A DNA stretch of 64,000 nt from Selaginella moellendorffii (GCF_000143415.4 NW_003314264.1:1442733-1506732), one strand, 5' to 3'. Shown: positions 24,601 to 37,154, counted from the first letter of the stretch. The notes: a model not told the origin generated them from the sequence alone. Made by a program: numbers and translations.

Positions 24601-27246
24601 GTTGTGAATATTTAGACACGAGGACTGAAAAGCGCACTGGTGGCGCATCGAAGAAGGACAAACAGAAAAGCAATAGGAAAAAAGGAGGTACAAATTATAT
24701 TTGCAATGGCGTGTGGTCTCATGCCATTCCTTGCAGGAGAAACTTCTTCAAAGGCAAAACAGGCAAGCACCAGCCAAGCTCAAACTGACAGTGGTCATAA
24801 AAAGCGAAAGCACGTTGGACAGTCGTCGAGATCAGAGGCGTTTGATTCGAAAAGGAAGAAGGGCAACGAAAAGATGATAGGTAATGCCTCGCGGTTATGG
24901 CGTGTGTGCTCATGCCATTCATTGCAGATCAAGGGCTGAGTGAAAGCAGGCAGTCACCACCTCATGACTCAGATTCCTATGGCGGACTCCCCTTCCCCAA
25001 TCTCAATGGAGAGGTACAATGGATGAGGGAAGCTTTTCAAGGCAGGGCCACGTTTTTCTCATCTCGTCGTCTTCGAAGGGTGCAAGAACGTGCAGAAACC
25101 ATGTTAAGACAGTCGGGTGAGGATACGGTCCTAGGTCACGCACTAAAACAAGCTATGGATGTCTTGTATTTTGAGATGGAGACTCGGCCAGATGATTTTC
25201 CCAAGATGGTCCTGGAAGAACAAGCCATCCAGCCTGAGCAGCCTATGGAAGAAATGCAGGAGGGGGATGAGGAGCCAGAGAAAGATAATGAGCAAGAAGA
25301 GCAGAAGGACGAAGAGGAGGACAAAGAAGAGGAGGACAAAGAAGAGGAGGACGAAGAGGACTTGGATGGTCCTCACAATGGTGACGATAACAATAACGAC
25401 GACGACGATGATGACGACGATGGCCAGCCTGAGGTGGCCAAAGAGCGGCGGAGGAAGGTCATACAAGACAAACCATCAGGTAAATAATAATACATCCATT
25501 CCTAACCTTTTACCATTTCTAACATTGTCCATGTAGGTCGCAGAGCAAATGGTAAGTAGAGATTATTCAGTTGAATTTACAAACTCTAGCCTTTAGTGTC
25601 GAGGAAGGATAGTGCCAAGCAAGGGTCGAAACGTATGTCCAATCCTTCAGAATCAGCAGTGCGCTCAAGTGATATCGGTCCTAGTTCCTCAATAGCAGTT
25701 GATGGTAAATACAGTATAGTCGATTCAATGTGCTAATGATTTTGTTTTTAGTAGCACGGGAGGATACCATCTCAATCGAAGGGAGATATTTGGACATGCA
25801 TATGGATCCGCCAGTGGACTCTACTTGGCTGCAAGAGTCATCAGAGCTGGTGGAGGCTACTATCCATATCAACGCCAAGCAAGCTGACCACGCTCCACTT
25901 GATGCTGCCCATACCACTGAGTCAATCTTGTCCACGTATCCAACTGACGGTGACCAGGCGCCATTGGACCCACATGAGGCCGCCCCAGCCGCCGAGCCGG
26001 TCGTATCCTCATTTCCAATGGACTCAACGTGTGCCCAATCGTCTGACTACGCGCCGTTGGAACCTCCCTACACCGCCCCTGCTGCTTGTTCGGTCATGTC
26101 CACTTTGCCAACGGAGGCACCAGCTGAAATGGCGTGTGATCACACGCCATCGGAACCACCCCATGCCACTGTTGAGCCAGTTGTACCAGAGTCTACAGCT
26201 GAAATGGCATGTGCCCACACGCCATCGGATGCGATTGACCCCACATTGCAGAGGAGAGTATTTCCGCCCTTCACGTTTCCTCGACCAAAACCCTCTCAAC
26301 GACCATCGGGAGCAACATTCGCTAATATTGTAGATGGTAAAATTGACTTGTACCATTTTTTATGCTGACGCATTTCATTTCAGAGTCACGGCGAAGGTAC
26401 TGTATCGTTTTTGATCTGAACGGTGTCCTTTTCTCCCATGAGCGTGGCTCGTCCTCGAATGTCATTGCACCCTCCAAAGCTTGCGGTCGCAAGTTGGTCA
26501 AAAGAGACAGATTCACATTAATCACACGGGAGAAACTGCGGGATCTAATAATGACCATGCGACACTTAAAACAGAGGGCCGGGTTCAATTTGCAATTGGG
26601 AGTTTGGACATCCATGATGCGCCACAATGCATTAACGTTGCTACAGATGATGCACGATCAGACGCGAGTAATATTACCATTTGACTTTCTCCTAACGCAG
26701 GAGGATTGCTTGACTATGGTCCATGTGAGGGGTAGCAAGCCCATCTTCGTCAAGCCAGAGGCTGTAGTGATGAACCGGACTGCTAGCTCAAGTGAAATCC
26801 TTATCATCGATGACTCGCCGATTAAAACTGCAGCGAACACGCACACATATGCAGTGCACCCCATCTCTTGCAGTATGGAAACTAGGGAGAAGAAACCGTA
26901 TGTTCTGGGCGACCTTGCAAAACGGCTTGGAGCGATGGTGATAGAGAACCGGCCAGTCCAGGAGGTGGCTGCAGAAATCAACCAAATGGCAGATGGAACG
27001 GTATATCAGAAGCCATTTGATCGGACAGACACCAGTCATCATTTATGGCATGTATATTGTCTAGCCAAGCACTATCCGCATCTCCATAATCTGCTCAACC
27101 GGATGGGTTCTTCGACCACTGAACATGAGCGTGGACGTATTAGAGAAGAGATGGCATTACTATTGGGTTTAAATCCTGATAGTGTGGAGAGTGATGAAAT
27201 TCCAAGATTATTGTATAGGCGTTGGAGGCAAAAAATAACAGTCTGA
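21624..27246 (+). CDS. Transposon cargo: multi-exon gene with ParB-like domain, degenerate methyltransferase-like region, acidic/Pro-rich linker and FCP1/NIF-type HAD phosphatase; one in-frame TGA at 23693
   Basis: ATG 21624, then introns 21627-21865, 23045-23098, 24423-24472, several more, and 26337-26383; FYAVSGQHSSLAM..ISHAQN (ParB-like); IVFDLNGVL, GVWTS, ILIIDDSPIK (HAD). The middle exons are not fully resolved, so this could be two genes. Confidence 0.65.
26384..27246 (+). CDS. FCP1/NIF-like HAD-superfamily phosphatase domain (terminal exon of the cargo gene)
   Basis: Motif I variant DLNGVL; motif II VWTS; FLLTQEDC; KPIFVK; motif IV IIDDSPIK. Confidence 0.8.
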
Positions 27247-27692
27247 GATGGCATGTATTTATTTAAAAATGTAACTTATTATGGCATGGTGTTCCATGCA
27301 ATTGTATTAATATTAAAAGACAATTCTTTGAGAGGATTTGCATTATACTAAAAGTGTTACAGCATGTTATTGGAAGTCTACGAAGTTGTTTTATTAATAA
27401 TGGGAAAGTAAAGATTGAATGGGGACTTGGGCTCCACCTAGACTCGGAGCAACTGAGCCAATATTAAAAGGATGGAAAGAAATTGGACGACGATGACAAG
27501 GAGAAGAGAGAGGTGAAGCAGTGGCAGGGGGAGGAGAAGTGATTGAGTAGACATTTCCTTGTTTAAAATAAAATGGCATGTGCCTCAATGCAGTTGAATT
27601 TTGTTATATTTATATACTATATAAAGGTTTGGAAACCTTATTTTACAAGTGGGATAATAACAATTCCCACTTTAACGAAATAGAGCTTTTTG

Positions 27693-28222
27693 GGACAACA
27701 TTTCGGAACACCGTGGCCTTACGCGAGCCACCTGGGTACTCTCCCCGCCTTTCGCCTTTAGGTGCTCTAGCCATGGGCTTAGAGCGAGGTTCCGTTGAGC
27801 CACACCTGGTATCCAAGTAGGTAGTGCCACCCACACTTGGACTGGGAGCATCGGCCAGTCGATCTCCCGGGGGAACTAGAGCCGGCTCTTGAACACTTCA
27901 CCAAGCTACCCCGCTTGTCGGTCCGTGTTCACTCTAGTCTTGGACTTCCCAGTGGGCATCTCATCACCCAACACTGGGTCCGGCCTTCCTGGGCCAAACT
28001 GGCCTTTCCTGGCCAAACTGGCTCCACTGCAGTCCTCCCCCTACTATACTTTTGGAGCTCACCAAACCCCCCAGGGTCTGGGAGACGAACGCTTTGGGCT
28101 TTCACCCTCTCAGGCTCCGGACTCGGACTCGGACTCGGACTCGGACTCGGATTCGGATTCGGACTCGGACTCGGGCTCGGGCTCGGTCTCGGCCTCGGCC
28201 TCGGTCTCGGTCTCGGTCCCGA

Positions 28223-28254
<32 letters not shown>

Positions 28255-28766
28255 CCGGTCTCGGTCTCGACTTCGGACTCCATCTCGGACTCCATCTCGG
28301 ACTCCATCTCGGGTCCATCTCGGGTCCATCTCGGACTCCATCTCGGACTCCATCTCGGGTCCATCTCGGACTCCATCTCGGACTCCATTTCGGGTCCATC
28401 TCGGACTCCATCTCGGACTCCATTTCGGGTCCATCTCGGGTCCATCTCGGACTCCATCTCGGACTCCATCTCGGACTCCATCTCGGACTCCAACTCGGGT
28501 CCACCTCGGACTCCACTTTGGACTCCATCTCGGACACTCCCACGTGTCATGTGTTGGTCCTTTTGGGTCCCTTTTTGGAGCCTCGCCTTTTGCTCGCTTC
28601 GTGCTCGTTCCTCGAGCACTTCGTTGGGAGTTCCACTCCCGCTCTTGACTTTTCAAGTCGGAGCTTTTGGTCCAAATGTGTTACGCTCGTTTGGCTCTCG
28701 CTTCGGCCACTACCATGTGGCACCCTTCCGGCTCCACTTTGGGGCCTAGGGATTTTGTGTCTCACA
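27693..28766 (-). repeat. 3' LTR of the non-autonomous element, last piece, containing 6/12-bp tandem arrays
   Basis: Near-identical to ~33417-34570; (TCGGAC)n, (TCGGTC)n and (TCGGACTCCATC)n arrays. Confidence 0.93.
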
Positions 28767-31700
28767 ACTCCACCACCCATAGACGAAGTTCGATGTCCTC
28801 ATCGAACGGTAAACCCTTTCATAAAGTAACACCCACACGTGTTACCATTTCCATCCTTGGCACCTAGCCAATCTTTGTCTATGGTTTGACATCAAAGGCT
28901 CACCATGCCTTGTCCATCCTTTAAGGAGCGTAGTCTCTCCAACTTAGAGACTGATTGGACCACATGTAATGGTTCTCCCCTTTTATTGGTTTAGTTCTCG
29001 CTAAACCTCTTAGAGACCCTTCTCTAAGTCAATCCCACTACTCCTTCTCGAGTAGTCTCAATTTCCATCTATTGAATGTTTGCACCTTGGAACTTTTACT
29101 CTTTTGACTTTTTGGGAGTCAATTTCCTAGGTGTCTCCAACACCTTGCATTGCACAGATTGTGCAACTCCACTTCCCTATCCTAGGAAGTTCATTACTTG
29201 AGGGCACCATCATCCTCTCTTCTATTTCGTGCCACCTTGGGCACTAAGTTCCATTTATCATACTTTGTGCTAGGGCTGTCCATGGCCCTATCATTTGGCT
29301 ACCTTACCGCTCCCTCACTTGGAGCCTTTACTTCGCCAAATTGGAGCACTTAGGAATCCGTCCTTGAAAGTCCGCTTCCTTTCCCACAAGCCGTTAGCAT
29401 CGAACACATTAGTGTTCCTTGGCTAACTTTGCCATTTGGATCCCTTCCATTAAATTCCATGGCCCCAAACTTTGGCCACTAGTCCTTTGCTCCTATCCTT
29501 GATTGTTGCACCCAGCAACATTGGATCGCTACCTCCATTTTTGAGGTATCCTTTCGGTTCCATAGCAAAGACTCTTCTTTGCCAAGTCCGGAGGATGTTC
29601 ACCCCTAGTATGTCTCTTTAGCATATTCTGCTATGGGCTCTATCCATGGCCCAACTTCGTGACCCTCCCATGGGTCTTTTATAGAGACTACTTTCCTCGG
29701 ACTCACTATGCCATCGGACGGACATAGTTTATTTCCCTTAGGTGCTCTTCCCACTTGGTCATCGCGACCAAGCCACACCATCTTAAACAGTTCAATTTCA
29801 ACATTTTGAACCAGGAACTTCATTCCTTAGCCAACCAAGGACCTTGTCCTTATCTGGCCATAAGATCACCTAGTGATCTCACCTTGGCTCCTTAACAGAG
29901 TTGCCAAGAGGTACTTGGTCTTCTAGACCTCCAAGTTGTTGACTATAACCCCGGGGGCATCCCCCACACTTGGCGGTGCACCCAAGCTAGCCCTTACGGC
30001 CAAGGGTTCATAGCAACTGAGATTAGGTGTCCCCATCTCACTCACCACGACCTTGGTGCCACTTGCACCAAAGCGTTCAAGTTAGATATGCCGAGCTTTC
30101 ACACTAAGCAATCTAACCGTGCATCACGACTCCGAGGCATCCCTCGCTTGGCGGTGTGCCCAAACCAGTCTCCCCACTGAGAGTCCATGACCACCGAAAT
30201 ATGAGTGTCCTCATATTCCAAACCATCACCACGCCCTAGTGATTTGGGACTCGAACCCAAGCACTAGAGGGTTGGGACTCGAACCCAACCTCCGTATATG
30301 CATCTACGGACGGCATCACACTAGATGCCTGGCGTGACTCCCCACGCCGGTGCACCAACGTATTTTTAAAGCGCGCTACAGATCACAGCTTAGGAACCTA
30401 GTTCCTCCACACTGCCAAGTCCTCTCACTTGACATGTCTGTGATCATGCATGGACTCCTCCATGCTCGGCCCCATGGCCCACCCTTTTTGAAGTTATCAC
30501 CTTCAACTAGGGTATTTGTTCCCCCGACATGCCAATCTCGCTTGGCAAGTCCTCCGACCACTGTAACATGGTTCCTGCATAAGCGTGAAAGTCCTTGACC
30601 ATCGACTTTCGTTCAAAGCCCTCTCTTTGAACACTCAGGAACTACTTCCCTAACCTTGATAGCCTTGCCTCATGGCAAGCTTCAAGACCACGCTTCTGCT
30701 GCGCCACTCTGATTTCACGCGTTCCATGAACCATTTATACTTGGCCTTTCTAGGTACTAAGCTACCTAGAATCGTCTTTGGGAACCTTGAAGGAACTCTG
30801 TCCCTCAGCTTGCTAAGGCCTCCCTTTTTGCAAGCCTTCCAAATGCCACATAGTCTAACATGGACAATTCCATATTTTAGACTCTCCATGGCATCATGGT
30901 TGCTAGCGGCAACACCCTTGAGCCCCCACTTGATTCTCCACTCCCAGCTGGCATAACCAACCTTGGTTATGCCCTTTGATTCCTATGGTTCGGTTCTATC
31001 CCCTTACTTCTTGCTTTTTGGCTTCACACCTTTCCTTTGGTCATTCTCCTCCCAACTAGGAGGATAGTTTTGCACTTTCTATCATGCCTTAGCAAGTATT
31101 CTTAGGGATGAACCTACCCAATAGCCTAGGGAGTGGTTCCTCAATCCGGGTATGCTCACCTTATAATCCCACACACTGGGATTACATTGTTGCTTATGGG
31201 CCTTTACATGCCCATCACTAGCCTTGCCAAAATTCCATTTTTTGGCTTTGTCCAACTCGGGTAGACAGTCCTCTCCTGTCTCCGCAACCTTGGACATTTG
31301 GATAGCACCTTCTATCCATCATTCGCTAGGGACTTAGTCCCTTGGGCTTTATCCATTACCCTCGCGACATCAAACACCACCTTCTGGTGTTCTAGAGTGT
31401 TCGGGTGTCCCAATGATGGCTTTCTTGACAATGAGTATTTCCTTTTATGACATTGACTTACTATATCGCAACACAAGCAACTTATCCCCCGTAAAGGTAT
31501 ATCCAACTTCCCTATGCTATTAAGAAGTCTTGGGTAGCTACCTTCTACCCGTTTAACCAGTTATTTTGCACCTCTTGCTTAGTTGCCTCGTAGTTGTCAA
31601 GTCCTACAACTCATTGCTTGGTGCTTTCACACCTCCATCATTATCTGGGTCACCACACTCCAACTGCATGCTCTGCAACTTAGGCTATGCTATTCCCATT

Positions 31701-32821
31701 TCCATTGGGATTCCTTTGGCAAGGGGTTCTCATGAACCCACTAACATAGCCTCAAGGTATCACACCTTGGCACATTTGGTGTCTCCACACCATCGGCTCC
31801 ACGAGCCCACCTCTATGGCATTTCCCCTTCGTGTCTAAGTCTTTGCCAAGACCAACACCGCTCTTTCTTATGCCAACCATCCGTTAGCACTGCACCATAG
31901 AGGTCACACACAACTTTATGTCAAAGTTGTTTTCTTCTGAGAACACCTTTCCCATAACTTTAGCATGGCACATTCTGCCATTGATGAGATACCCTCTGTT
32001 CTCATCCTTGGATCCTATGATCCCCCCCCCATCCTTTGTGGGGTACAACACACCTCAGTCCAAATGCTTCCATCAGTCCTTTTAGGACCATCCGTTGACT
32101 CTACTTGAGTCATCCAGCAGTTTTGGACTTGGTTAATCCACAGACCCGTAAGGTCCTACTTGTGAGGCACTAGCTCACTGGAATACACTTCTTGCATTCC
32201 TGTCCTACTCAAAAGGACTATTTTCACAAGTGTTACTCCGACACTTGATTTTGTTCTCTGGGGGCAACCTTTGCCCCTTAGGACTACTTGTCCATGTGAT
32301 GAGAACACCAACTCATCCACTTAATACACCCCCAACTCCTTGGGTTGTTCCAGCATTTATTAGAGGTAGCCCCGGCTACCTTTTCAAGGGCTTGAGTCCT
32401 CTTCCGTATTTGACCTTCCACGGTCATTACCTTTGGTCTCACATTCATGAGCACCAACCTCGACTATATGAGGATAATCTTGTGACTCCTTTATTGTTTT
32501 GGAGTCTCTATCTTTCCTGTGATCCCAAATTTAGTTGTTTACCACAACAACCTTAGCCAATTTGCTAAGACAAATGCTCATCCGGATCACATCCTCAACT
32601 CAATGAGGAAAACCTTGCACTGTTCCCAAGATCCCAAAGTCGTTCCATTATTGGCCCTTTTCTATCCACCACCTCGTCTACAAGTTCACACATGAACTGT
32701 AATGGAGAGCCATGTCTTCCCGACTTGCTACTCCTCAAGGACAGGCCCACTCCTCGGACCTTCTGATGCCAACACTAGTGGTGATATACTTGAGCACCAA
32801 TAAAAGTCGGACTAAGGAACA

Positions 32822-32833
32822 GCTCTGATACCA
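32822..32833 (-). promoter_or_regulatory. Primer-binding site (tRNA-iMet)
   Basis: TGGTATCAGAGC on the minus strand, 3 nt from the LTR. Confidence 0.92.
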
Positions 32834-32836
32834 AGT

Positions 32837-33921
32837 TGTAAGCAACTAATTTTTCCATTCTACTTTAGTCACTTAACCACACCTTCGACCACTTGGAGGA
32901 GTCTCACTCACAACCTCCTTAAGTCCAATTCAGGACTTGGGACTTGCTAGCCCCAAGAATGGCATCCATGCCACTCAACACTTGCACCTGGTCCAAGTGC
33001 TCCACGTGTCCGGTCCCAAGACCGACACCCAAAGGTACCACTGACATCTCGGCCCGTTACGCTAAGGCCATGCCCATTCACCTTTGCTGCACTAGTGGTC
33101 CAATACCACTTGCATCACCATCCCGTCTCTCCAAGACTGGGCTATCGGTCCATGAGTGGTCATCCTAGATCCACTCCTTAGCATCCTTAGGATGCCCACA
33201 GACCTGGGGAATCGCCTTCCCCAAAGTCCCTTTGTCAATTCCTACCAAGTCCCTTTTTGCCCCTGGCCGTGTTTGCCAACACTGCCATTGGATCGAGGCC
33301 CACAGACCCGACCACTAAGTCCCATGGTCCTCTGGGACTTCCTCACCACACGACTGTGTCCTTGGTCACTACCCCAGAGGACTGCTCCTCTTCCTTTCCA
33401 CAGTCTAGGCCTTTGGGACAACATTTCGGAACACCGTGGCCTTACGCGAGCCACCTGGGTACTCTCCCCGCCTTTCGCCTTTAGGTGCTCTAGCCATGGG
33501 CTTAGAGCGAGGTTCCGTTGAGCCACACCTGGTATCCAAGTAGGTAGTGCCACCCACACTTGGACTGGGAGCATCGGCCAGTCGATCTCCCGGGGGAACT
33601 AGAGCCGGCTCTTGAACACTTCACCAAGCTACCCCGCTTGTCGGTCCGTGTTCACTCTAGTCTTGGACTTCCCAGTGGGCATCTCATCACCCAACACTGG
33701 GTCCGGCCTTCCTGGGCCAAACTGGCCTTTCCTGGCCAAACTGGCTCCACTGCAGTCCTCCCCCTACTATACTTTTGGAGCTCACCAAACCCCCCAGGGT
33801 CTGGGAGACGAACGCTTTGGGCTTTCACCCTCTTAGGCTCCGGACTCGGACTCGGACTCGGACTCGGACTCGGATTCGGATTCGGACTCGGGCTCGGGCT
33901 CGGTCTCGGTCTCGGTCCCGA

Positions 33922-33953
<32 letters not shown>

Positions 33954-34570
33954 CCGGTCTCGGTCTCGACTTCGGACTCCATCTCGGACTCCATCTCGGA
34001 CTCCATCTCGGACTCCATCTCGGACTCCATCTCGGGTCCATCTCGGGTCCATCTCGGACTCCATCTCGGACTCCATCTCGGGTCCATCTCGGACTCCATC
34101 TCGGACTCCATTTCGGGTCCATCTCGGACTCCATCTCGGACTCCATTTCGGGTCCATCTCGGGTCCATCTCGGACTCCATCTCGGACTCCATCTCGGACT
34201 CCATCTCGGGTCCATCTCGGACTCCATCTTGGACTCCATCTCGGACTCCATTTCGGGTCCATCTCGGGTCCATCTCGGACTCCATCTCGGACTCCAACTC
34301 GGGTCCACCTAGGACTCCACTTCGGACTCCATCTCAGACACTCCCACGTGTCATGTGTTGGTCCTTTTGGGTCCCTTTTTGGAGCCTCGCCTTTTGCTCG
34401 CTTCGTGCTCGTTCCTCGAGCACTTCGTTGGGAGTTCCACTCCCGCTCTTGACTTTTCAAGTCGGAGCTTTTGGTCCAAACGTGTTACGCTCGTTTGGCT
34501 CTCGCTTCGGCCACTACCATGTGGCACCCTTCCGGCTCCACTTTGGGGCCTAGGGATTTTGTGTCTCACA
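32837..34570 (-). repeat. 5' LTR (intact) of the non-autonomous LTR element
   Basis: TGTAAGCAACTAAT...TGTCTCACA; matches the pieces 6274-6824, 14346-14373 and 27693-28766. Confidence 0.93.
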
Positions 34571-34575
34571 GTTTA

Positions 34576-36400
34576 ATTCCTCTATGAATTCTTCTGGGTC
34601 TACTTCCAACACATCGTGTGCTGGCCCATGTGGCATTCTCATGGGCTTCCTTGGTGGCATTATCTCCTTGATCTTCACTGGAGGTGGCCCGAATGGGACT
34701 ATGGGTGCATCCGAGCATACAGACATTTTCGAGTACTGCGGCAGTACCTTCGGGTATCCTGTCTCCGGTTCTTGCTTTCCATCCGTGGATATCACTACTT
34801 CTGGCGTGAGCTCTTCCCGGACCCCTCTTGACGATGATGCTTCCCATTGTCTCACCTCATCCCACTTCCCTTTTCCCTTATCATCCCTTATCCTACCCTA
34901 GAGTTCCTGTCCAATTTGCGCTTCATATGTTCGTGCCACCTGTTCCATCTCATTCGGTCTCTCCTGTCTGGCTTCCTATTGCTGCCTTTCCTTGATGGCC
35001 TTTTCCCTCTCAGCTTCTTCTTCCAGCAGCCGCTTTGCTTCCTCTTCTACCAGTCGTCTGGCTTCTTGTTCTTTTCTTGCATTGGCTTCCCTGATTGCCT
35101 TGAAACAAGGAGGGCCCTTGTCCAGTGGACAGCACATCTTGACCCTTCGCTTGACCCCGGTCGGGGATCCTACCCACACTTCCTTCCCGCTGACTTCTTT
35201 TTCTGCCCTTGCCGCTGCGCTTTCCTCCCCCGCCCCTGGCGATTCATTGGTGATGTTTCTTCTAGGCACTCTTGTGAGTGGTGCTCCCTCTTCCTCGCTT
35301 GAATCCTCTTTTCCCTTGTTTTCTACATTGACTAGCGAGACTTCTCCTACCAGCACCTCTTCTGGATTGAGTACTTCCGGCAGCTGCACCCCTTGGGCTC
35401 TCCTGCCTGCAGTACTCATCCTCGCCATTGTCCTTGCTCGTGGCATATTTCCCCCCGTGTCTTCCTCTTTTTGCTTTTTCCCTTCTGAATCTTGTGTTCC
35501 TCTCCTCCCCTCACCTACTTTTTCCCCCTTTTCCTTCTCTTCTGTTCCCTCCACTTTGTCCACAACCCTCTTCCCTTTTGGAGATTTCTCCTCCTTGTCT
35601 TTCCTTTTCCTCTCGCTTACCGCATTGCTTTTGTCTTCACGCTGCCCTTCATTTTTTACCGCAAACAATGCCCTCCGGATTGACAAGTCCCCTTTAAATA
35701 ACGCTGACCCTAGCTGCCACTTGTCATTCCGCCATTTGCTGCTCGCTCCTCCACGTTTTTCTTCCCCCTTCCCTGTCCATGTATCTAATGCACATGCTTG
35801 TTTTCTTGGATTCCTCGGCTTCTCCTCGGACATTACCCCGCCACGCATCTCTCCCTTGGATTTCATGCATGGATTTTCCCCCCATGCATCTCCACGTGTC
35901 GCCTTGTCCTTCTTCCCCTCCCTTCCGACTGTGACCTGCTTGGTCGCTTTAATTCCCACTCGCTGCGTGTTGATGACGTTGTTACTGTCCTTGTTTTTCT
36001 CCCGATTTGCTATGATCTTGACAGTTATTCCGCCTTTCCCCCCTATTAACTCCTTCCTTGGATTTCCCGCACCTGCATTCATTTGCCGTCTAGCCGTTGT
36101 CTCGGGATTCCAGCCGCTCCCGATTCCTCCCATCTTGTTCCGCCGCATGTCCACCATCTCCTCCGTCCCTTCTTCTCCTCCCGGTCGTATCCTAGCCGTC
36201 CAGAGCAGTGGTTTTTTACCTTTGAACATCGTGATCTTTGCTTCAAGCTTTGCACTTCCTTTCTTGGGCGTTTCTCTGGCCAGCGAGCTTGGTCTTCCAA
36301 CTAAAGTGGAGCTTCCCTCTTGCCCAGTTACTTTTGCTCAAGATCTCGGTCGCATAGAGCTTTTGAACCTTCAGAAAAAAATTTCGGGTCCAAGCTGATG
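34576..36400 (-). pseudogene. LINE A ORF1, N-terminal K/E/G-rich part (start codon uncertain)
   Basis: ORFs 34976-36229 and 34550-34855 are homologous to 43071-44822 of copy B and join 6273 across the GTTTA TSD. Confidence 0.75.
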
Positions 36401-37154
36401 TCAGCCGGCCAGCCCAGTTTTGCTGTGCCCAAGATCCCCCCGACTAGTACTCCAGATCATTGCCTTATTGCGACCGTTCCTCTTATCCTCCCAGCGCACA
36501 CTCTTTCTTTTTTAGTGCATGCAGTGGAAAGTTCTTGGTGGACTTTTGAGACTTTTCACTTAGCTTTTTATAGCTCAACGATCTTACTCCTCTCTGGCTT
36601 GTTCCCCCGAGGACCAAAAGGACTTTCTTACAAGCTAATACTGTCAGCCGAGGGGGGGCTAGAAAGGATGTCGTTCGGAGCCATTCCAAACTTGAGATAC
36701 GAGCCAAAGAATGCACGGCGGGGGTGATTCAAGGGGATGCTTTCGATTCTTTTTTCTTTTTTCTAGCGCTTTGCAGCTGGAGGAGAGGCTTCGCTTCTAG
36801 CTTTGATCTTTAGCCTTTGTCTGGTGAACTCTTAGCTGAAAAAACTGGCCCACCGACTTGAAACCAGCTTGAACCACACTACGAGCTCTATCCACCCAAT
36901 CTCTTGCTGTACCTTGCGCGAGTCGCTCACACCCAGAGAAGGACCAAACTCACTGCCCAGCCACACTCAGAGCCATTGTGCTTCCGCCTGGAGCTTCCCG
37001 ATCAACTTGCAAAAAACCCTCTCGGATATGGCTGCAGTCGAGAAGATCCAACGGCGCGTCTCACTACCGTCCAGCGCCAGTGCCACACTCAAGCGTCCAG
37101 TCCACTCTCACCCAGCGGCTGCACTTCTCTCCTCTTGCCTTGGTGCCTTCCCTC

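Larger units (their letters stand above)
14600..27594. repeat. Dispersed 22-bp palindrome ATGGCRTG-N-GGCC-N-CAYGCCAT (~20 copies including degenerate ones)
   Basis: Copies at 16311, 16368, 18214, 18284, 18382, 20803, 21652, 21729, 21789, 23066, 24565, 24706, 24897, 26129, 26204, with weaker copies near 14600, 14916, 14970, 19000, 19070, 27573. Confidence 0.9.
14374..27688. mobile_element. 13.3-kb cut-and-paste DNA transposon, Sola-like, with cargo gene
   Basis: Perfect 24-bp TIRs AAGCTCTATTTCGTTAAAGTGGGA (14374-14397 and 27665-27688); 4-bp TSD TTTG (14370-14373, 27689-27692); the empty site GGCCTTTGGGACA is present in the sister LTR near 33410. Confidence 0.92.
6274..34570 (-). mobile_element. 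Non-autonomous LTR retrotransposon (LARD-like, related to the gypsy element) inserted in LINE A ORF1
   Basis: TG..CA termini; TSD GTTTA at 6269-6273 and 34571-34575; near-identical ~1.7-kb LTRs; PBS at 32822-32833; PPT at 28767-28780; ~4-kb interior with no long ORF. Confidence 0.92.
365..37154 (-). mobile_element. LINE copy A (L1/Tx1-type APE-RT non-LTR retrotransposon), apparently full length (~8.5 kb without nested inserts), antisense in 26S rDNA
   Basis: ORF1 with CCHC knuckle plus ORF2 APE/RT/zf-RVT; 17-bp TSD; interrupted at 6274-34575 by an LTR element and resumes colinearly with copy B. Confidence 0.93.

Noticed and set aside
18214-26225. Palindromic repeats as a CRISPR array
   Set aside because: Irregular spacing from tens of bp to kilobases, located in introns and exons, no cas genes, eukaryotic context
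27837-28829. Overlapping GL/SD/RS-repeat ORFs in many frames (also 33560-34460)
   Set aside because: Artefacts of 6/12-bp LTR tandem repeats
34992-36398. 468-aa Ser/Phe/Leu-rich + strand ORF (also 43799-44827 and 5226-6032)
   Set aside because: Antisense shadow of the purine-rich LINE ORF1
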